64,000 nt of DNA from Chrysomallon squamiferum. Its lineage: Eukaryota > Animalia > Mollusca. Positions 1 to 13,350 of this stretch are shown here, one piece after another. The notes under the pieces were generated by a model. It saw nothing but the letters and a program-made list of their open reading frames with translations, was not told the origin of the DNA and did no database searches. A program made the translations under genes and the position numbers. The stretch is taken from assembly GCA_012295275.1 (NCBI GenBank), contig CM022672.1, forward strand, positions 8,680,001 to 8,744,000. Direction: 5' to 3'. Within the stretch, counting starts at the first letter, position 1. Every line of letters begins with the position of its first letter.

Positions 1-512
1 GACGTGGGAAACATTAAAAGCTCTGTAATGCTAGCGACGCTACATCAAAGATAAAATCCTAAATTAACAAACCATTTGCCTGCTTTCAAAAACTTTCCTT
101 TAATTTAAAAAATAAAAAATATTACTAATTTGAACGTATATGACATATAATCACACAAAACATAAGAGAAGCAGCTAAAGGATAACGTTGTTATCTTACA
201 TATCTGATCTCTCGATTCTAGGAAAAAAGTCACAATTTTGTTATTAAAATTAACAAATATATTAGAAATATATTAGATATATAAGATGAAACACATGTTC
301 TTTGATTTTAATGTTGGTGGTTTAGGCGGATGTTCCACCCAATACCACGAAGAAATTCTTGTCGCAAATTGCGCTCTTTTTTGTAAATCTGTTATCATTT
401 AACCTCGACAACTGCAACTAGATTTTTTGTCGCATTTTCACCACAACTTTGTTTTGCGAGTTGCATGTCTAGTACACATGAACCCCTCACAACAGATTTT
501 GTTACCACCCTT

Positions 513-566
513 ATTGCTATGAATAACTTCATTGCTATGAATAACTTCATTGCTATGAATAACTTC
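513..566. repeat. Perfect tandem repeat, 18-bp unit ATTGCTATGAATAACTTC x3
   Basis: Three identical copies at 513-530, 531-548 and 549-566. Confidence 0.95.
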
Positions 567-2844
567 CATATTAAACATACTTCTGATACAAGTGAAGTGA
601 AGTGAAAAAAATTAGCGTGCTAATCAGAGCAAGCTGTCAGATACTAGAGCAATAGTAAAATACATTTTAACCAGGGATATTTTATAAATCATTTACAATA
701 GGAAGCCCTTAGTTTAAATCTATCTTAATCAGTAAGCTTAAGAATTACCCCATGCATACTATGATGCCACATTCAGAACTCTACATCTTGTGACTTTTTC
801 CTGTGACTTTTTTCCAGTCACCGATCTCTCAAATCACACACATTTGTAGATATATGCTCACATGCATCAACTACATTATTATGATTAAACGTTATTAGCT
901 ACATGTATCAAAGACAATCTTTAAAAATATTGTTTTAAAAGCCGAAAAAGAAGAATTATAGAGAAAAAAACTTAAGTGAATAAGAAATTAATCCATCTTT
1001 ATTTCCCTTTGCACTGTATTATCTAATTAGATTCCTTGACGTCATCTCGTGCAGATTAAAGTGAAATTAATTATCTCCGCTGTACTCTTCTGTTTGATTT
1101 CTGAATATAACGTTCTGATAAAAAAAAATTACAAATCTTAAAAAGAGGATACTTTTCTATTGAGTCCTACATAGTATCTGACCTTTCTTTGAACGCAAAA
1201 GTTGATATGTTTGTATTGTCTGTCAAGAAACCTTTGTAATGCAAAACCTTGTGTTTTAACTGTAACGAAAGAAGTTAAAAAAGTCAAAGTAAAAAACATT
1301 TATTAGTGTTAACAAATTAAATTATTAAACAATGTACTAATTTGAAGAAAACAATGGTAGTTTAATTGTTAGAGCGTTACTTCGAGTTCTGATGTTTTAG
1401 TTCGGTTGGAATATGTCCCATTGTAGCCAGTATACCCTGCATTGGAACATAAATGAAAAAATATATATAATGTATTTTTGTGTATATCTAAAAGTATATT
1501 TCAAATATCTCTTTCTGGTTAATGATAAAGTATTTCATGTAATCATAATTCTGGTTTTCTTTCCGTTATTACAATATATATGAATCCGCAAAAGTCTGTA
1601 AAATGAAAATATTGTACCGTTAGTAAATTATCCACTCAGTTATTCTGATATAAAATAATGCAATCTGATAGTGACTGATCAGCCGTGTTATTGTATGATA
1701 GGAATGCTGATATAACGAATACACTTAGAAAACAACAACGGCAAGAAATAGAAAAATATTCTTTTGGTTTTTATTTATAAGTAGTTAGACACTATACAAA
1801 CAGATAGATATCTTTTATTAGCGTGGATATAATTGTGTTTAGCCTTAAGCATTCAGCTATGAAAAAGAAAACTGTATGTCGATATTTAAGTTAAATCCAC
1901 ACACATATCTTACTGACGAAGAGACATGAACCAGCGTGCAAAAAGAGCAAGGAAATGTCAATTTATCCATTTGCTAAATTTTTTCGTTAGTTTTAATCAA
2001 GTTTTCTAAAGTACACTTTTCAGAATTAATGCCATTCCCCAAGAGATGTTGTTGAAAAAAAAGAGAAAAAAAAAAAGTAACAAACTGAAATTTTTCAGCT
2101 GACTGTTTCGTTCACGAAATGGTTTCCGTTCCAATTAGAAAGCTTGTATAATGATACGTAAAAACGTGTCGTTAAAAGAGTTCAGACGAGACAGAACGGC
2201 ATTTACATTCACACAGCCTAACACTGACATCTCGTCTTGTTTCTTTCTTCCTGTATTTCAGCTTCTCTCTCTTTTTTTTTTTCAGCAATACCAATGGAGA
2301 AAACTGATTATTATTTTAATTTTTTTTTTTTTTTTTTTTTTTTGACTATTATGTGCTATTGGGTGTCACTTAAAAACAAAATGTAGATATATATTTCAGT
2401 TAGTAAACTACCATAAAAGCTATCTCTATAGGAACACTGGTTGTGCCGACGAGATTTGATCCGCTATATTACTGTGCTGATTGTACCAAGCCATTTAATA
2501 TATATTTAATAATGTTACGAGGGACTGGTTGGAACAGGAAATAGTCCTGTTGATGGCAGTAACAGTAACTGAGCTTTTAACACTAGACTATGATCCACAG
2601 AAAGAACCGCTACATTAACTGATAGAAACTTTAACTACAGCAATATAAAGTTTCATACCAGTGTTAATCATCAGAACAACAACATGATGTTATTTATATT
2701 TACACTATCACAACACGGGTATTTGTTTAGTTACAAAACTAAATGTATTTAGAAACATTCTGTCTCTTCAAATTTTGACATTACTGGTTTGACAAAATTA
2801 CGCTACATTATTTTACAAAACAAGCCACAAACAGAAAAGTACAA

Positions 2845-2890
2845 CAACAGCAACAATAACAACAACAACAACAACAAAATAATAATAATA

Positions 2891-2938
<48 letters not shown>

Positions 2939-3003
2939 TTTATTATCATTATTATTATTAGTAGTAGTAGTAGTAGTAGTAGTAGTAGCAGCAGTAGTAA
3001 CAG
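2845..3003. repeat. Compound trinucleotide microsatellite (AAC/AAT/ATT/AGT)n
   Basis: Read directly; explains the poly-N/I/S and poly-L ORFs at 2789-3055. Confidence 0.95.
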
Positions 3004-3381
3004 CGGTGTCTTCCCATTTGGTAGATTCCCAGTTCGTATAATTCCCATTTCGTAGAAAAATCTGGTTTACCGCAATACCTGATTACCTCTGTATATAATG
3101 AACTTGGCCTGTGCATACATCTGGTTTCTTTCTAACATTCAGAGGGGGAGCGCATTGTTCCTAAATTGATTATGTAACATCAACCGAAAGCAGAATAAGC
3201 ATTCACAACTCATTTGTTCTTGATTTGTTACTTTTTCATTATTTCATCATCTTCCTCCTTCTCATTATCATCATCAACATTATTATTATTATTATTATAA
3301 TATTATTACTATTATTATTGTTGTTATTATTATTATTATTATTGTTATTCTTGTTATTCTTCTTATTATAATTACTGTTAC

Positions 3382-3427
<46 letters not shown>

Positions 3428-4852
3428 TTATTTTTTTTTTTTTTTTTTTTTTTTTTAACTGGTCATTTCTAATTCATAAACATTTCATTTCCGTTACAAA
3501 ACAAGCAACCAATAATAAACAATTTTACATCAATTTCATCTATCTATTAAAAAACAAAACGAAAAAAGAATGAAAGAGAAGAAAAATGGCTTGCTTCTGT
3601 AAGAGAATACGATAAAAATATTATAAATAACTAATTCAGCAAATATAATTTTTAACAAAACATATTTTACATATGAGTAATTTACTTATATTCAGTAAAT
3701 AGAATATTTGAACGTTACATTTATCATTAACTTTTCGAATTCAACCGTATTCAGCTTAATCATGTACAAGATATCTGTTACTGATCATATTTACGTTATG
3801 CACACAGACATATTCAGATTGTGCACATATTATACAATATATGTGACACAGTATGAATACTAAAGATATTACGACCTGCAAATACTTTGGCTATGACTGA
3901 AAAAGTTTATACGAAGGACCAAATCATTGGGAATACTTTTAGATAAATACCTTCTTTTTTAATTATTTACATTCACTATATTTGATACATAGATTATTTC
4001 GATATTTGTCATATTTGCATACTTTATGCGATAAGCAATATCCATACTACAATAATACCTCAGATTAAAGATGTAATTGGTTCCAAAACTTCCAATAGTT
4101 AAGTGAGGTAAGCGGGAGACTAATTTACATAGAATTAAGGTTAAAAGCAGTGGTTACTTTCTCGCTGATGAGATCTGACATAAAAAAAAAGTTTGAAATA
4201 AGGAGAAATAAAACGGCAGTTTAGACATAAATGATTTAATAGATTGTAGATATTAAATAAACAGTAAATCATTTACAAATCAATTTATACAAATACATTA
4301 AGAAATAAGTATATGCCGCTCATTGTGGGTTTGGTTTCATTTAAGATAATGTATTTTGTTTCTAAAGTTATTGCCTTCCGTTTCTTTTATCATCAGCTTT
4401 TGCCGGTATACTGTTATTCGTTTTGACATATTGGAGGGGTAAATTACAAACGAGTTTAAGACTAAATCGAAGCTGAAGAGAAAAGAGAATCAGAATATCA
4501 GATGCACGTATGACGTGTCAACTGATCAACACAGCTGAGAGAAGCTCGTGAATGAACGAAAAATTAAAGAAAAAGGATTTAAAAACATGCACTGTATACA
4601 TTTGTATCATTTATTTCGAGCAATTAACTATTAAATTTAATTTCTATTTATATAATTTGTAAAGAAGAAAGATTGTTAAAGCGTGGTATCGTTAAGCGAG
4701 ATATTACTGTATTTGTACAATAATAATCGCTTTCGAAATAATCTGGAGCAGTTCATTAAAATGACTGAGGTAAAACCAAACATGTCAATAAGACTACTGA
4801 ACCACATTTAGCCTTTCTACGAAATGGGATTCTACCAAATGGGACTAAGCCG
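3004..4852. mobile_element. Non-autonomous DNA transposon (CGG...CCG termini, imperfect TIRs with internal subrepeats, 6-bp TSD TAACAG)
   Basis: Left end CGGTGTCTTCCCATTTGGTAGATTCCC...ATTCCCATTTCGTAGAAA; right end reverse-complements to CGGCTTAGTCCCATTTGGTAGAATCCCATTTCGTAGAAA. TAACAG at 2998-3003 and 4853-4858. No transposase ORF inside. Confidence 0.75.
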
Positions 4853-7800
4853 TAACAGCAGCAGTAGTAACAGCAGCAGTAGTAGTACTAGTATAAATAA
4901 ATAAATAAACAATTATAAGGCACTGGCTGTAATGGGTAATAAGAGAATAAACATATGGAGGTTGTTAGAACGTTCAATCTATCACGTCTGAGTACGGCAA
5001 GGAGGACGTCAGTAACAAGCTGATCGCGTTTAACACGCGTGTTGTACATTCACTGCACTCAGATCAAACCGGTCTGTCTCCATAAAACCAAAATAGCCAA
5101 CTGTAAACGCTGAGTCTTGACGTAATCAGAAGGTGTGTTTTTTTTGTTTTTTTGTGGGTTTTTTTCTCTACTACTTCCTGGTTAAAGCAGTGAGTTATAT
5201 CTCTGAACTACATGATGTACTCGTCTGTATTAATTTTGATTTTTGATCTATCATTTATTATTATTATTAATCTTTAATTTGCTATGATTATTAATACATA
5301 TATATTTTGTTATTAATTTTTCATTTGCTATGATTTTTAATACGTCAGTTATTATTATTATTCATTGTATCCTCGATCCGATTGAAATCTAGACACTGTT
5401 CTAAAAGAAACTACAGAACGATTCAGTAACACAAAATTAGTGTGGCTTGTAACCATCTTCACTCAGTTCTTTCTGCCTGTCTTTCTGTCTGTCTTTCATT
5501 GTCAAAGCTAATCTAAACGTTACCGGTGTATTAAGACTGACGATAAATCTTCATTCGAAAACTGGAAAATAAGAAATAATAAAAAATGATTTGCGCTAAA
5601 AAGACTGATGAAAGCTCTAACGCTGGATTTCTGGAAGTCGCGAACAGATGAATATGACAGTTTCAGTTATTGTGTACGCACTGACATTCACGTCTAGGTG
5701 AGATGCAGCGTAGAGGTTTGTATGATGTTCTATCTTCTTCAGTTTTCAGTTTACCGTACCAGCCTTTTATTGTATGCGTCAAAATGTAAATTCTTATCAA
5801 CTATGAATTACTCTGTGTGTTTTCTCATCAAACTACGTCATCAGCGAGCTACTGCAATCACCGCGTTAACGAAACATTGATTTTAAAACATTTCATTGAC
5901 TGCAAGAAGAAATAAAATCAGAATGTTAAAAACGAAATAAAAAATAAAAATAAAATAAATTATCAGCTGTTCTCTGCATCACTATGTATGTTCTCTTACT
6001 TAATTCAGTCCAATTATAAAAGCTGTCTTCAGCCTAGTTCAGAAAAACGTCTAGCGATACAAGCAACATGAAAAGTATGACATAATGTTATATACATGCT
6101 ACACTAAATGGATGTAACTGAGGATAGACTGCACATTTTTAATCTCTCTACAGATTCCCCGCGGGATCTGCTACTAGAAATTACTGTCTTGAAATACTTG
6201 TACAGAATTGATCAGTTTCCGTCTAACACGAGTTAACAGTGTGTTAAAAGTCTATTTCTAAACCCACAACATGTTCAGACTTGATTAATAATAAATATTT
6301 AGCATACAAAATTTATAATATGGACTTTTATTAAGTATAGTTTTGGTATAAAGATGAACGAAGAAACCCACATAGGTAATTTAGAGTAAAGTATTTTATG
6401 CACAACTGAAATCATGTGTTGTATTATCGCTGTGCTGGAGTTAAAGCTAAATTAGAATGGGATGACCGTGGTAATTAAAGAGAGGAGACTGAGACAGAGG
6501 CACAGTTAGTGAGCAAGTTTTAATGACTTGGTTCACAGTTATCGATTGCTCTTATGCAGACAAAATTTAAGAGCTCAGTTTGCTCACATTTTGCTTGCTC
6601 CTTTTTTGTCTTGGAGAAATTTAAAATAATCGATAAGAATTAAATTTCATAAGCAAACTTTCAGATTTATCAAACTGTTTTTTTTTTTTTTGCCTAACAA
6701 ACTATCGTGTTTTGTGGGGGGGGTTGTCGTATTTTAGTCTTACGTCATTTGTCCCGAAACCAAAGAGATTTCCGATCATTTAGCGTTTTCGATGTGTTTT
6801 AATGACTCCATGTTGTGTACGTGGTTGAGAATGTGTTTATTGTGTTTGTATGTTTCTAAGTGATGTGTGTGTTTATTAGTCAGTTTTATAGCCAGACATG
6901 ATAAGACTGCAGTGAATGTTTCTTAATTAAAATGAAATTATAAATACTGTTGTTGTTATAATTACAATTATTGTTCTTCTTGTTATTATTTCTTTAAACA
7001 GATTTTTACGACTACAAATAATGTAAGTTTTTCTAGCACCCTTTAAAAAAAATATTTAAAAATGGAAACATCTGGTGTTTCAAACTTGTTTCAAGACAGG
7101 CTTTTCACCGATTTTCATCCACTAACAACAAATATAATTATATTACACTGACACAATTATCTAAGTAATGCAGCCTAAAATAATCTAATTCAAGTCTTGG
7201 AAGTGTGGCAGTCCTCTTAAAAATGTGGAAGACCTCACATAAGTGGACAGGAAACAACACCCAACTGAGTAATTACATACATCGACTTTTTAAAATAATT
7301 GTCCACATTCTTATTTATGTATTTTATATATGAAATCCATCCTTTTGAAATCGCGAAGTAAGTATTTTCTTTGATAACTGGAAACTTTTGAAGAGTTAAT
7401 TATTGTGAGTAACCACCTTTCAGCAGTATGTCTGTATGGACTATGTGGACGATACTTGCATATAATCATGATAAAGAAGAAGAAGACGACTACAAAAGAA
7501 AGGGAAATCATAGCTATATAAAGGCTGTGTGCCAGAAGATATAGGTAACATCTACATAGTGTTTCATTCCATTGTCAGTTCATATAACAAGCAAGTATAC
7601 TATTTGATAATTATTAAATACATAACTAACTAACTAACTAAATAAATAAATAAGTAAATAAATCTGTTTTAAGCAGGGCCGTAACTACAGAAAGAAAGGC
7701 TTTTGGCAAAGAAAGGAAACTGCTTCCTGTCCATACATCTGACATCTTTCTGTCGTTCTGATAATTTCACTACAAAATCCACTCAGAACTATCAGTGAAT

Positions 7801-10800
7801 TTAACTGAAAATGTCCAGGGAACAAACCATATTTGCCATACCTTAGCAACGCCACTGTTGATAGTAAGTATATAATATGTTCCAGAGGAAATAAACATTA
7901 TGTAAAATCTACGTTGATCGATCATTTATATATCACTAAGAAGAAATAAAGTAAGAATGTTTTAAAAACACAAAAACAATAATTATTCCACCTCAAACTG
8001 TTTTTTTATCAGCATGTTTACTACAATTTGTTCTGTACTTATGGTGATCAAACATTTTAATTTTAACACGTTTGAGAATAACAGATGATTAATTTTCTGT
8101 CATCCAGTTGGACATTTATTTCAACTGGATGATTGTTAAGACATATATTGTTGAATTTTACGTTCTCAGCTTTAGTAAGTCAACGCTTTGTCAAAACGAC
8201 ACACAGTTTTATAGGAAAATCCCAATACCATTTTGCTGACTCAAACTGCACATGCCACGGAATTTGAAACACCGGTACTGAAATACTGACTGGAGAGGAA
8301 AACCGAACAAAAGTGTACTCAGGAGGATTGATCCTGTGGTCTGTGGTGTCTGAGTGTTCGGTTTTACCACCACGCTAGGGTTCCCCTGCAACTTGTACAA
8401 AAACAGACTAGAGCAGAGAAAGATCAGCAGTCGTTCGTTGATAAACATCATTACACCTCTGTGTGTATGTTTTATAAACTAACATAGTGTTTATTTCTGA
8501 AGCCGTTTAAGAAGCTATATATAGACTGCTTGTCCTCATATACCGTTAGAAAGATATAAAGGCAGACAGATAAATAAAGAAACAGATACATACACAGATA
8601 TATAAATAGACAAACGGATTCACAGAGAGATATCTCACCTGTTTCTTGTATCACACACACATTCACACACACATACAATCGCTTTTGTTTTTCTCTTTCT
8701 TTTCGTCGCTGTCTAGGTTTTTTTTTTTGTTGTTGATGCGGCAACGTTTTTAGCTCGTATCTAAATCCAGCCTTTTAAATATTGTTTTTGTAACGTGTAG
8801 AATGATGTGTGACATTTTCAGAAAATAATGGCTATTAGTTGTATACCATGTATAGTTATTACGTCATTTCAATAAACACATGCTGTCATAAAGTGTGATC
8901 CGAAATCAAAGCGGGCCGCCTGTTATAATTAAAATGTACGAGAGTCGTCACTTCCAGTTTTTGCTTTATTTTTCCATCACTTTTCCAACAGATGGTCGAG
9001 TAAGAAAAACAAGTTTGTTTTTTATGAATCAGAAGTGACATTCCTAGTGTTTCTGTAGAGCTGCAATTAACGAGAGGAAAGAACAAACATCAGTGTTAAT
9101 CATGTAGGAGGACCGCCACCGAGTCAGAGCTCTAATGAAATCCCAGTAACGTTATTACTGAGATATAAAAAAATAATAATAATAATAATAATAAAAAGAA
9201 GGAAAAAACACTTCGATTGATATCAAAATAACAAAATACTGGTTTCAGGTGAATAACCTCTCTGGTCACTGTAACTCATTAACACCAGCCATGACATTTA
9301 TAAAAATAACTTGAGTCGTGTAGTGAGTGTTTTAAGTGGAATGGTTAAAATAAAATAAAATAAATGTGAATGGATGAGGGAAAAACACAGTTGAATGTCC
9401 TCTGCTAAAAACAAATCATTAATAATATGAAATTTTATCATATTTACACAGATACACAAACACCCACACACACACATAATATATATGTGTTGGCAGATAA
9501 GAAAAATTACCTCTATATATATATAGGTAATTTTTAAAATTATAATTAAACGTTAACAGTAATAAAAAGAACAGCTGTATATTTGAGAATGATAAAATAC
9601 GACATGAAAAGTAGGTAATCATATGTAATAATCTGTAGTCCTCTTTAACGTCCTCATTTAAAGTATTTTAAATCTCTGAAATTAGGAACGGGTTGAGATG
9701 AACTGATAAATATGTCTCGATTTTAAAAAATATAATATTTCTATCCATATCTGATGAAACATTTTTATTCATGTGCTTGTATATATAGTCTGAATTATGA
9801 ATGATGATGATGATGATGATAATAATAAATATACACATTGACATAAAATGGAGCTGTTGGCAGATAAGAAAATTAAATATTAAACACAGAGAGGCTGGAG
9901 ATTTCATTTCTAAAAATACCTATATCTTAAGATTAATAACATTACAAAAATTAAAAATAATCATATCTAAATAATATCTTAAAAATAATAAAATAATAAT
10001 AAAAAAAATACACACTAACGTGTTATGAGTCATTTTAGACATTCGGATAAAGTTGTCACAAACAACAATTTTTATTGTGTTTTTTTTTTTTTGTTTTATT
10101 TTTTATTTTATTTTATTTTTTTATGTTTTCTTATTATTTGTTTTAATGACACAAACACTAGGGAATACTGTTAACGTTTTAGGTATCAAATTTGAGATAT
10201 TTCTTATAAAACTTTTTTTTTGAGCAGTACTCGAATTTTATATTCATATATTAGAACAGTCGATGTTAAAGATATCTTTACGTATTAATATACGAGTAAT
10301 TTGGTATTTCCCGTTCATGCCATAGTTCCACAGCTCCATATCAGATTGTAAAAGACTGTTTTACGGGAACGTAAATATAAATGAGCCCATCCAGTTTTAG
10401 TGGTTTGAATAGAAATCTATACAAGTATTCCTACACTGACACCCTTAAATCATCTACTATATACTGACTTTTTTTCGTTAAAAATATCAAAAAGTATTCA
10501 GTTTAAAACACATCTACGATTAAAATTAGCGTAACGAAATATCTAACCTCTCTGTGCAAGACACCATTTATGTGTACAGACATGCTCACAACAAGGAACT
10601 GTTTTTGAAATATTTATATTATACTGACTACGTAATAAATTGTTTCCTGTACATATTCAAAACTCTGCTTGCAGTGTAGACTTCAATTCTGCACTAATGT
10701 GACGTTACACAGTTGAGAAATATGTAAGGAATGATGAAGAAACCTATGCTACGCATCCATACGTTTTATAGATTCCTTTGAAATCCAGTAGTCTGCTAAC

Positions 10801-11131
10801 TAGAATGAAAAGTGCATGTCACGGATATTGTCAAAATAATATAAATCAGTTCCTACATAATCTAGTCAAATCTTGTCAAGACTATTTTACAGTCTAAATA
10901 TGGAGATGAACGACAATTATTGACAGATAGGGAATAATAATAGACATGACAGTGCACTCTCTAGCAACGTCCAATGTTACCATAATACAGTGACGTCATT
11001 ACCAAATTGAGTTATCAGAATATGATGACGTCATTATTCAAACATATTATCACCAAGACAAGATATCACATTATAATGATGTAATCACCAAAACCTTTCA
11101 ATCTGTAACCAATATAATTTAAAGAAACTTT

Positions 11132-11174
<43 letters not shown>

Positions 11175-11278
11175 TGTATTTATTTATATCAAAATTGTTA
11201 CATGTCTGGGAAGCTTCACACATTCAGAATATTATTATTAGTAGTAGTAGTAGTAGTACTACTACTACTACTAGGTGA

Positions 11279-11551
11279 ATCAGATTAAACTGTAGATTAA
11301 GAGGTGCTGTATTTATCATCATTAGGTTCGAACTGTTGGTGGCTTCATTCATGAGAAATCAGATCATTTCTCCAGCTGACGAAGTGAAAATATTGTCTTG
11401 TTTGACAACTCCAGAGGAGAAATACGATGAGTTGTCTCTCATAACTAACGTAAATTTAAATTCGCCCCAGATGATGCGTAAACTGGGAATATGGTCGAAA
11501 AATTATTGTCCAGCATATTTAGATTTCATTTCATCACAGCTTCACGGATGA
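11279..11551 (+). pseudogene. Possible CARD/death-fold domain coding remnant or exon
   Basis: Stop-to-stop frame reads ...IIRFELLVASFMRNQIISPADEVKILSCLTTPEEKYDELSLITNVNLNSPQMMRKLGIWSKNYCPAYLDFISS, echoing the CARD pattern L..L.q..il...e...I.s..T..ek...L. Non-repetitive, protein-like composition. Recognised by eye only. Confidence 0.35.
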
Positions 11552-13054
11552 AACGTACAGTAAACGAGTTAGCTACTAAACACAGACAGTTCATCGATAG
11601 CAGATAATCGATTAAGATACAATCATCAGTTCTAAACGCCTGGCCATCACACTGGGCTTTACTTATTTTAAAAACAGTATTCCATTTACGACCATCCAGC
11701 GTCCTTACATGTATATAAGGATTCTGGATAGTCACAAATATTATAAACATGAGTGTGCAGATGTTTGGTGGATATATTCATAACGACTCAATAACGTTTG
11801 TTTCCACTTCATATGAATAAATCGTGAATTTTGTTATGACAAACCAGCTGCGATATGGATTTGTTGTAATCCGTTCTAGACTGCCAGTACATTTAATAAA
11901 TTGATTTTTTATTATGATTTAAAATCTGGGGTAACCTTTAATAATAAAAAAATATATATCACTCACTGGAACTATTGCCAAGAAACTGACTGCGTGCATC
12001 TAATAAAGTTAAAGGAGAAAGACTGGATCCTAGTTGTAGAAGGAGGAGCTGCGTTATGAGGAGAGAGAGGAAACGAAATAAAGTAACAAGATGGTTCAGA
12101 ATGCAAATTAACTCTAATATATTTTGTTATCGTTAATATTACTAGACCGTAGATCTTGTTAATAACATAGATCTTTATAGCAAGTTAATTAAAATGAATA
12201 TAAATATTCACGGACCAGTTCATTTAGTAGAAACTGAATTTACAAGTATAATTTACTTCAAATTTATATTATGAAAATTAAAAATAAGTCTAATTATAAC
12301 TTTTAAAATTAACAGCATTGTTCAGAAAAAAAAATTAACAACATAATTGACAAAACGTGGTTTCAACGACGTCTACAACTCAAATTTACAACACCGACAA
12401 CTAATTACATTGATTCTGACACAAAATGCTGACGCACGAACATTTTTCTTATAGCTGCATTAACTCAGCTTTTTCAAACACAGACTGGTTAAAACAAGTT
12501 ATTTAGAGAGTTTTACTGGAATACAAAAGATATACCGAAGCCAAGCACTGTGCCACATTGTCCACATTACTTTGTGAAAGGAAGTAATAAAACGTAATCA
12601 GGAACCAACAAAACGTTGTAACCAGGAACACAGGTAAAATTACCTTAACATCAGAATATCACAATCAACAGTCAGTGTGGGAGTTGAGTGATAAAACGTC
12701 TTGTTAGTGTTGACAAATAAAATATAAATACTCTTGAGAAAATGAAAAAAGTGTTTTTACAAAGCAGATAAAAAATATGACAAAGTGGTTTTATAATGAG
12801 TAGTTCGTTGACCGAACGATTCACAGGTTCTGGGATCGTATTCCCTAGCTGGGTCTTGTACACTGAACTAACTGAACATAGTACAACAGCTAAATATATT
12901 TCTTTCTGATTAAAACTGTAATAAAATGTCTCTAGCTGTGTATAAGGGGAACGACAAGTCTGGACCATAAGTCATAAGTACTTGGACATTCAGTGCGTGA
13001 TATATTGTTTCAAACTATTGATAGATTCATAAAATGCCTAATCAAAATGAAGCA

Positions 13055-13200
13055 CACCTTGGTTAAATTCGGCGTTTGGTTCACACACCTAAACTACACC
13101 TTTTAAATTTGGCGTTTTATTCATGCTCCTAACCGACATCGTTCAAATTTTGGTATTTTTGTCCATACCATTAACCTACGTTTTCCAAATATGGCGTCGT
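13055..13200. repeat. Degenerate ~45-bp tandem repeat (TTAAATTYGGCGTTT...ACACCT)
   Basis: Recurring aaattcggcgttt / aaatttggcgttt / aaatatggcgtc motifs at roughly regular spacing. Confidence 0.55.
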
Positions 13201-13350
13201 TTGATTAAAAAGTTAAGTTAGTTAAATATCTTTGTGTTTAGAAGTAAGTATAAGTACGTCCTGTGTGAGCATGTTTGTAATGACATAAAATTAGTTTGTT
13301 AAATTCATTACCTGCCGACCTAAAGGTTGTAAGTCACACAATCTGATTAC

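Noticed and set aside
7311-7511. Hydrophobic minus-strand ORF as the missing GPCR TM6-7 exon
   Set aside because: No CWxP or NPxxY motif, no good acceptor, and AT-rich unlike the GPCR exon.
8100-8132. 11-bp inverted repeat TCATCCAGTTG...CAACTGGATGA
   Set aside because: Too short to distinguish from chance or a repeat remnant.
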